Positions 58,143 to 64,000 of a stretch of 64,000 nt of DNA are shown one piece after another. Positions within the stretch are counted from its first letter, which is position 1, and each line of letters starts with the position of its first letter. The position numbers and the translations under genes were made by a program. Source of the DNA: a virus; IMG/VR virus record IMGVR_UViG_3300006927_000001, positions 1 to 64,000 of that record, one strand, 5' to 3'. Below the pieces are notes generated by a model. It was not told where the DNA came from, searched no databases, and saw nothing but the letters and a program-made list of their open reading frames with translations.

Positions 58143-58973
58143 TTACAATAAAACATCACTTTTGAAACCAGCAGCCTTGGCATGTCCTCCACCGTCATGC
58201 ATTTTTGCAATTGCACTCACATCTATTTCCCCTCGGGATCTGAGTGAATAAACGTAGTAACCGTCTCCATGAACAAAGTAAGTTCCACCTACACCTGTCT
58301 CTTCAGCCAATTGTCCAGCAAGATCTGAGATCACGTCTCGCATAGTACAATTGACTACGGGAACTGGAACATCACAATGTGGAATATTGATCATGACTGC
58401 ATTTTCTTTAGCACCTTCAACAATGAGTTCCAAGTAACGTGAAAGAATGATACCTGCTTCAAATACATCATCTGAATACAATTCATTCCAAATTTTGAAA
58501 TCAAATGGGTATGTACGTAGACCATCATTGACCTCACGACTGCCTGGTAACTCCCACTTCCAAAGATCACGATCCTCTGTATAAAGAACTTGCCATGGTG
58601 GGACAGCTTCATTTTGAAAATGTTCCCAGGTCAAACGAGCACCGCTCTTGGTCATGTCAAAAACCAAAGTAAGATTGTCAAAAGACGTTCTTTCTTGTCC
58701 TGTTTCAATATTTTCAAGTTCAGCCTCGGCTGTTTTGTGGTGATCAAGACAAATAACTTGTCTTGCACGATCGCAGATCCTGTGCATTGTTTCCTTGTTG
58801 TACGAAAAATCAAGAATATAGACGACTGCATCCTCTAAATCCAATGGAACTGGTTGACTATATTGAACAGGGATAAATTGAATGTCGTCACCAGTAAGAT
58901 GATTCCATGCAACCCAAGCAGCACAGAAACCATCAAAACAAGACGCATGATACAGAACTCTGATCTTACTCAT
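58143..58973 (-). CDS. DHH/DHHA1 phosphoesterase
   Basis: YH..C.DG, LDF, LDHH, EDRDLW, SLRS, GGGH..AAG. Confidence 0.9.
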   Translation of the reverse strand: MSKIRVLYHASCFDGFCAAWVAWNHLTGDDIQFIPVQYSQPVPLDLEDAVVYILDFSYNKETMHRICDRARQVICLDHHKTAEAELENIETGQERTSFDNLTLVFDMTKSGARLTWEHFQNEAVPPWQVLYTEDRDLWKWELPGSREVNDGLRTYPFDFKIWNELYSDDVFEAGIILSRYLELIVEGAKENAVMINIPHCDVPVPVVNCTMRDVISDLAGQLAEETGVGGTYFVHGDGYYVYSLRSRGEIDVSAIAKMHDGGGHAKAAGFKSDVLL

Positions 58974-59052
58974 ACTACAAATACCTTTTTATCATATTCA
59001 TCGGGACGAATCAAACGAACAAACACATGCCCTTGTATCTCTGGAACATCCA

Positions 59053-61206
59053 TTAGGCCGCGACTCCATACATCTGTTTCAAAGCCCCAAGAGCCATAAG
59101 TTCCAAACGACGTGAATTCATCAAGGAATCATATACACGTTTATCAGAAGGCAGATGAAAACAGTCATAAATCCAACCACCACGCACCATGTCCATCCCA
59201 ATGCGATGCCCGCGATCAACAGCTTGCGTTCTGTTCTCGGGATTGAAGTCATTACTAAAAAAGAATGTCCCAGGAGAAGCAGTAAGAGTAATACCCATCC
59301 CAGCAGACCCTGGGTTGCCAACGAAGCAAACATATGGAAACCTTTCACGTTGTTGATCGTAAATCATTAATAAGTCAGCTTTTGAACCTTGGATCACATC
59401 ACCCTTAGGTGTTTCCATGAACCAACCACGTCCATCACATTTGAACGATGTCCAACCCTGTTGATGACAAATCTTACATATACGATCAATTGAACCTTGA
59501 AAACCTGCATATACATTAAAGCGACCAATCTCTTGGTGCATTTCAAGCAAGTCTGTAAGAACCTTATCTTTAGGACAAGGAACTTCATCCATTGTTCGAT
59601 GCATTTCTTGTACAAGTTTTTGTCCTGCACAATTAAAGCATTCAATTTCACGTGTTCCAAGATTGATAGATTCTTCACCTACGATTTCAGGTATAAATTC
59701 CAAAGGATCTTCATCTTCTGGAAGTTTTTCCCAAAGATACCTCACACCTTTCTGAATTTCATCTGGTAATAAAAAATGATCAGGATCATTTGTGTCGAAA
59801 TATTCAAGTTGAAAACCTTTTGCTTCACAACCAGGACAATCAATTTTCTTTCCAGTTGGTGTATCTTTGTAGATAAAACCATCGCTCAAAGTTCGTAACT
59901 TACTAAGAGCATCAACAGTCCTAACTTCGTTTGCAACGATTAATTTAGCGGCACGAAGAATTTCTTCTGTAGGTTCAACTTCAAAGATTTTGTATCGTTT
60001 TTCAGGAAGGTCTAAACAGTCCTTCTTAAATTTAACAAGGACTAATCCTTCTGTTCGATCATTCAACTTTTCAATTTCATTGACACCTTTAACATACTTG
60101 TGAAGTTTTTCCAAATTGGCAAGATTAACAAAATTCAATGTAGAATCATGAATAGGATTATCTTCTAACTTTCCACATAATTTACATTTTTCTTCATCAT
60201 CTCGCCACACTTCTAATTTCTTGTATTTACCTCCAGCGGCACCTTCGTATTCCGCAAGTATACCTAATCGCTCGCGAAAAAGATACCAATTTGCTTCTGA
60301 CAAGAAACCTGGTGCTACAATTTCACATTGTTTCCAAATATCTGCTGGTGTTTTTGGTGAAGGTGAACCTGATAATTCTGCTATGATACACTCAGTTCCC
60401 CAATGCTTACGCATTGCATCCGCAATCATTTGAGCAGCAATTGATCTTTGTGTTTCTGGTGTTTTACAACGTGAAGATTCATCCAGAACCAAAATACGTG
60501 GTGGCGGTCTATTCGGGTCCCAAGTATTAACAACCTTAACTAAACCTTGATAACTATGAAGTTGTGGAGCAATAGGTGTATTCCATTTCATGAAATCTAC
60601 TTGAGCCGCAGCAATAGCTGATAAAGGTGCAGCCCAAACTATATCTGTCCACTTAAAATCCCAAATCTTCTGTAGCATTTCAACCATGATAATGGCAGCA
60701 AGAGTTTTGCCTGTACCCATTTCACATGCCCAAAGAAAATGACGTACAGAAAAACCATGTTGAATCATGTCAATTTGATGATCATAAGGTTCAAGAGTTT
60801 TGAATACTCTGTTAGCACAATATTCCTTTATTTCTTCTGGTAAAATCAAATTCCTTTCCCATTGTGTATAAGGAGAAGGTCCAAATTTCCCCATAAAAGC
60901 TTCAAGTTGAAAGATATTTCTTTGAGTTATAGGTGCAGACCATACCTTTGTTGGCTCTGTGTATGGAGCCATATTATCAGGAAAACCATGATACCTTCGT
61001 TTTTCAAACGATGATTTTATATCATCTATCAATTCACGCACGTAACCGAAATGAAAAGCCATTCGATCACCTTCAATTCTTTTAATACGTACAGGTGTAT
61101 ATTGTCCACCTGCAAGAAAATGCGTATCAAAATGATCTTGTTCTAATAATTCTAGTGTTGACTTCGCAGCGACCATGTGCCATCTTTCTCTGATATTTTG
61201 GACCAT
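59053..61206 (-). CDS. SNF2-like SF2 helicase
   Basis: EMGTGKT, LDES, SGSP, GMGITLT, QAVDRGHRIG. Confidence 0.88.
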   Translation of the reverse strand: MVQNIRERWHMVAAKSTLELLEQDHFDTHFLAGGQYTPVRIKRIEGDRMAFHFGYVRELIDDIKSSFEKRRYHGFPDNMAPYTEPTKVWSAPITQRNIFQLEAFMGKFGPSPYTQWERNLILPEEIKEYCANRVFKTLEPYDHQIDMIQHGFSVRHFLWACEMGTGKTLAAIIMVEMLQKIWDFKWTDIVWAAPLSAIAAAQVDFMKWNTPIAPQLHSYQGLVKVVNTWDPNRPPPRILVLDESSRCKTPETQRSIAAQMIADAMRKHWGTECIIAELSGSPSPKTPADIWKQCEIVAPGFLSEANWYLFRERLGILAEYEGAAGGKYKKLEVWRDDEEKCKLCGKLEDNPIHDSTLNFVNLANLEKLHKYVKGVNEIEKLNDRTEGLVLVKFKKDCLDLPEKRYKIFEVEPTEEILRAAKLIVANEVRTVDALSKLRTLSDGFIYKDTPTGKKIDCPGCEAKGFQLEYFDTNDPDHFLLPDEIQKGVRYLWEKLPEDEDPLEFIPEIVGEESINLGTREIECFNCAGQKLVQEMHRTMDEVPCPKDKVLTDLLEMHQEIGRFNVYAGFQGSIDRICKICHQQGWTSFKCDGRGWFMETPKGDVIQGSKADLLMIYDQQRERFPYVCFVGNPGSAGMGITLTASPGTFFFSNDFNPENRTQAVDRGHRIGMDMVRGGWIYDCFHLPSDKRVYDSLMNSRRLELMALGALKQMYGVAA

Positions 61207-61619
61207 CCTTTGAATACTGTGATAAATCCAGCATGTTCAAGATGATTTTGAATCTGATTGGATATATGACGCATTTCTATTTCTTCAAAAAACATTTTAC
61301 AGAAATACGACCACGTAAAAACAGAACCTGTTGCAAGAGTTACAAACATATTCTTATGCTTTTTCGCTTCCTGTACAGTAAATTTTACTCCAGGAGTAAA
61401 TGTAAATAAGTGATGTAAATCTTCCCAAGGACACAGAATAATGAATCCTAAATTAAAATGACTCAATATATTATCATCAAACATACCTAGACAAACAAAT
61501 GCTTCACTTGCATCTTTTTCTTGTGTAGAAAGATTGATACCTGATGCTGCATCTACAACTTGACGTAAAGTTGAAAGATCAAATTCACATTGACTCAAAC
61601 CAAATACATTTTGTTTCAT
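61152..61619 (-). CDS. Hypothetical protein
   Basis: Coupled ORF with GGAG RBS. Confidence 0.55.
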   Translation of the reverse strand: MKQNVFGLSQCEFDLSTLRQVVDAASGINLSTQEKDASEAFVCLGMFDDNILSHFNLGFIILCPWEDLHHLFTFTPGVKFTVQEAKKHKNMFVTLATGSVFTWSYFCKMFFEEIEMRHISNQIQNHLEHAGFITVFKGWSKISEKDGTWSLRSQH

Positions 61620-62311
61620 TGAAAAAACTCCGGTGTCCGTGCATCCCCAAGAATTTGACCTTCCTGGTTATTCACTTCAGTTGTACTTATTTCACCTTTA
61701 TGATCTACAAGTGTTGGTGAATGTGTTAAAAGTTTCTTTCCACAAAAAGTTAATACATGACCTATAGCACAGTCTAAATGTACAGCTGAAGAATGTGGTC
61801 CTTGTGCAGCGAGTTTGAAATTTGCTTCATGAACATTTACAATTAAATTGAGATGTTCACGTGGAAATAACAAACAACACGCACCACACCAAGACATATC
61901 ACCAGGCATTTGGGGTTTGTGCCAATTACCTTTTTCAAACATAGCTGAATTGTGCTTAGAACAATAAGGTGAAATGAAACCAGGAAGATCATCTTCAAGA
62001 TCGAGGATCAACTTCCTAGTTTCACGTGAACATCCTTGCATGAATTCAATATCATCCTCACACATCATGATCCATGGACTAGCATTTACCTCTAATATTC
62101 TTTTGGCCGCATACAACCAATTATGAACAATACCAAGTTGATTAGGACTTTCATAATAGAGAACACGATCTTTATACAAGAACGGTGGAGTCTGTGGTTC
62201 TGCGAAGACAAATGGGACAATATCCCATTCAGTTAAGAAAGACCTCAACATAGACGTGATGTAATTCACGTTATCGGGTCTTGGAGAAGTTATGATCCCG
62301 GCGGCGATCAT
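61616..62311 (-). CDS. GT-A fold glycosyltransferase-like (paralogue of 30735..31331)
   Basis: ITSPR, VFAEP, LGIVHNW, CEDD, HLD, HSPTLVDHKG. Confidence 0.7.
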   Translation of the reverse strand: MIAAGIITSPRPDNVNYITSMLRSFLTEWDIVPFVFAEPQTPPFLYKDRVLYYESPNQLGIVHNWLYAAKRILEVNASPWIMMCEDDIEFMQGCSRETRKLILDLEDDLPGFISPYCSKHNSAMFEKGNWHKPQMPGDMSWCGACCLLFPREHLNLIVNVHEANFKLAAQGPHSSAVHLDCAIGHVLTFCGKKLLTHSPTLVDHKGEISTTEVNNQEGQILGDARTPEFFQ

Positions 62312-62331
62312 ACATCAGTCCTTTCAAATAA

Positions 62332-62360
62332 ACTCCGGGAGAGAAATTCTCTCCCGGAGT
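62332..62360 (-). terminator. Hairpin terminator
   Basis: ACTCCGGGAGAGA/TCTCTCCCGGAGT stem then TTATTT. Confidence 0.65.
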
Positions 62361-62375
62361 CCACCACCATCATCC

Positions 62376-63107
62376 CTATCGACGTGACTCACCTTCTGCT
62401 GCTGTTTCCACAGCCCCTTCCGGTGCATTCTCATCCTTTTCCGGTTCTATCTTGGCTGGAGGATTATTGAACTTGTTAACTTCCTCCACCAATTGTGCTT
62501 TTTCAGGCATGTCAATCACAAGATCGTAAAAGGCTGTCCGTGGACCATGCCAAATGTTTGTACCTTTCTCAATCAAATGTGCCGTTTGTGTAGCAAACCA
62601 TTTTTTGCTATCCACAATCGCCACCAAGTTAGGTGCTTCATTTCGACCAGTTGCATTGCCCATGAAATACCCTGCAAAACACTTTTGCTCAGGCAACCAA
62701 ACCAAAAATTCGACTCCATGTCCAAAACCACCTTTGATATTTTTGTCCTCAGCTTTGGTAAGACAATCTTGAAATTCTTCGGATTCAGGATCAAAGAACG
62801 AAGTTGGAGGTGGACCAAAAACCATGGCCTTCGGTCGCCATGCAAAGAATCCTGCGGCAAATTCTTCACTGAGGTCTGTCACATTGCGTCCACGAACCAA
62901 ACCAAAATGACCAATGGGAAATTCCCCCTTTTTTACTGGTTTGGATTCACCACCCATCAACTGGATATACGGGAGCCAGTCACCAACTTTTGTTGCGGCT
63001 GCAAGAGCTTTGTCTGTACTATACCTGCTAGGCTCAGTGCCTGCAAGTAAATTGTCGTCTGGTACTGCTAAAGTATTTTCTTCCGTTGTAGCGATTTCAT
63101 TACTCAT
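62376..63107 (-). CDS. Conserved replication-module protein (possible ssDNA-binding protein)
   Basis: Location, acidic tail, own terminator; function is inference. Confidence 0.4.
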   Translation of the reverse strand: MSNEIATTEENTLAVPDDNLLAGTEPSRYSTDKALAAATKVGDWLPYIQLMGGESKPVKKGEFPIGHFGLVRGRNVTDLSEEFAAGFFAWRPKAMVFGPPPTSFFDPESEEFQDCLTKAEDKNIKGGFGHGVEFLVWLPEQKCFAGYFMGNATGRNEAPNLVAIVDSKKWFATQTAHLIEKGTNIWHGPRTAFYDLVIDMPEKAQLVEEVNKFNNPPAKIEPEKDENAPEGAVETAAEGESRR

Positions 63108-63152
63108 TTTTTTCTCGTTTCAAAATCAAAGATCAAAGATCAAAGAACAAAT

Positions 63153-63191
63153 AAAAATAGATGGCAGCCCGCCCTTACATGACGGACCACC
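63153..63191 (-). terminator. G-U-rich hairpin terminator
   Basis: Minus strand GGTGGTCCGTC-7nt-GGCGGGCTGCC then ATCTATTTTT. Confidence 0.5.
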
Positions 63192-63219
63192 ACCGCACTT
63201 GCCGCCGGGCAATGTTTCA

Positions 63220-64000
63220 CTACATGTTCACAATGTTGGCAGCATCTTTCGCAGCAGCATCTTGCTTGGCATCTTCTCGCTCTTTCTTCTTGCGTTCAAC
63301 CTCGTCCTTTTTCTTCTGTTTACGGACGATATCCGCCTCACGTTGAGCTTGCTGCGAAGCCTCATCGAAATTGAGAGTCCAAGCTAATGCCAAAGATACG
63401 ATATCACTCGGACTTGTGAGTCCACCATCTGTGACCAAAGCCAAGATGGCACCGCTACCTTCAGCCACAGCTTCAAACTCTTCCTTCAACACCGTAATCT
63501 TGCGAAGATGCATTGCGGGCTGAAATTCAGCCGGTGCTGCATCTTTGCCAGCTTTCTTTGCGTCTCGAATTTCCTTGACGCGTGCCTTCATACGTGGCAC
63601 AAACGTTTGAGGCTGTTCCGTTTGAGCAGCATCCACGTGCTCTGCCTGTTCTTCTTCGGGAAGCTTGGATAGAGCATAAGCGTTGGTAAGATGGATCTTG
63701 CCAGCATCGACAAGTTCTTGAATTCCATCCTGCAACTTGTTGAGTGAAAGTCTTTGTTCCACCCACGTCTTGGATTGACACACTTTCTGTGCCAATTGTG
63801 TCACAGTCATGAAAGGATTCCGCGAAAGAATGCGGAGAAGGTGGCGACTGTACTCGGCGGGTCGTGTAACAACACGTGTTGCATTGGTGATGATCTGAGC
63901 TTCAAGCAACTCACCATCATCCATTGAAACGACGAATGCAGGAATTTCAAATCGACCTGCATCCGTTGATGCCGTGAATCGTTGCAAACCATCAATCAGT
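63220..64000 (-). CDS. ParB/Spo0J-family protein (5' end outside window)
   Basis: LIDGLQRF at window edge, N..R....PAE, HTH, WVEQRLSL.KL...IQE.V..G.I....A..L. Confidence 0.85.
   Translation of the reverse strand, partial: LIDGLQRFTASTDAGRFEIPAFVVSMDDGELLEAQIITNATRVVTRPAEYSRHLLRILSRNPFMTVTQLAQKVCQSKTWVEQRLSLNKLQDGIQELVDAGKIHLTNAYALSKLPEEEQAEHVDAAQTEQPQTFVPRMKARVKEIRDAKKAGKDAAPAEFQPAMHLRKITVLKEEFEAVAEGSGAILALVTDGGLTSPSDIVSLALAWTLNFDEASQQAQREADIVRKQKKKDEVERKKKEREDAKQDAAAKDAANIVNM

Noticed and set aside
49952-61206. Inteins or introns in nrdJ, polA or the helicase
   Set aside because: Frames are continuous; no C...HN splice junctions or LAGLIDADG/HNH motifs seen.
61152-61619. ThyX-like protein
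   Set aside because: Only a faint H..(L/F).F resemblance; no RHR...S motif.
48-63387. Plus-strand ORFs in the six-frame track
   Set aside because: Nearly all are antisense shadows of well-supported minus-strand genes and lack RBS or recognisable motifs.
1-64000. Genome-wide TAG recoding (genetic code 15)
   Set aside because: Several genes end in TAG that overlaps the next RBS or start or precedes a hairpin, and long genes are not fragmented; only the capsid gene has an internal TAG.

Overview
The window is a 64-kb stretch of a large tailed (siphovirus-like) phage genome in which essentially all credible genes lie on the minus strand. Host cues (CsrA, a sigma-70-like factor, Arg-rich and Tat-like signal peptides) are compatible with Planctomycetota, but this is inference. 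Layout by coordinate: (1) 1-11.7 kb is the virion module: tape measure, G/GT tail chaperone with a -1 frameshift, tail tube, head completion, a P22-coat-like capsid gene interrupted by one in-frame TAG, scaffold, portal and lambda-gpA-like terminase. (2) 11.7-20.5 kb holds a tandemly duplicated accessory cassette, candidate small terminase and a papain-like protease module. (3) 20.5-25 kb is a control/terminus-like island bracketed by four copies of a ~33-bp palindrome. It carries tandem repeats, a very divergent ParB-like gene and three abutting 21-26-bp inverted-repeat pairs, each enclosing one small cassette. (4) 25-49 kb holds sulfotransferase, glycosyltransferase and methyltransferase genes, thyA, a nuclease, ligase, sigma factor, csrA and many small ORFs behind a strong sigma-70 promoter. 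(5) 49-64 kb holds class II RNR, PolA, ParB paralogues, a C5 methyltransferase, a D-armless tRNA-like element, a DHH phosphoesterase and an SNF2 helicase. The best candidates for novelty are the stem-enclosed cassette leader, the palindromes together with four ParB-like proteins, the amber codon in the capsid gene, the sulfation/glycosylation gene set and the tRNA-like RNA. All calls come from reading motifs by eye; no database searches were run.
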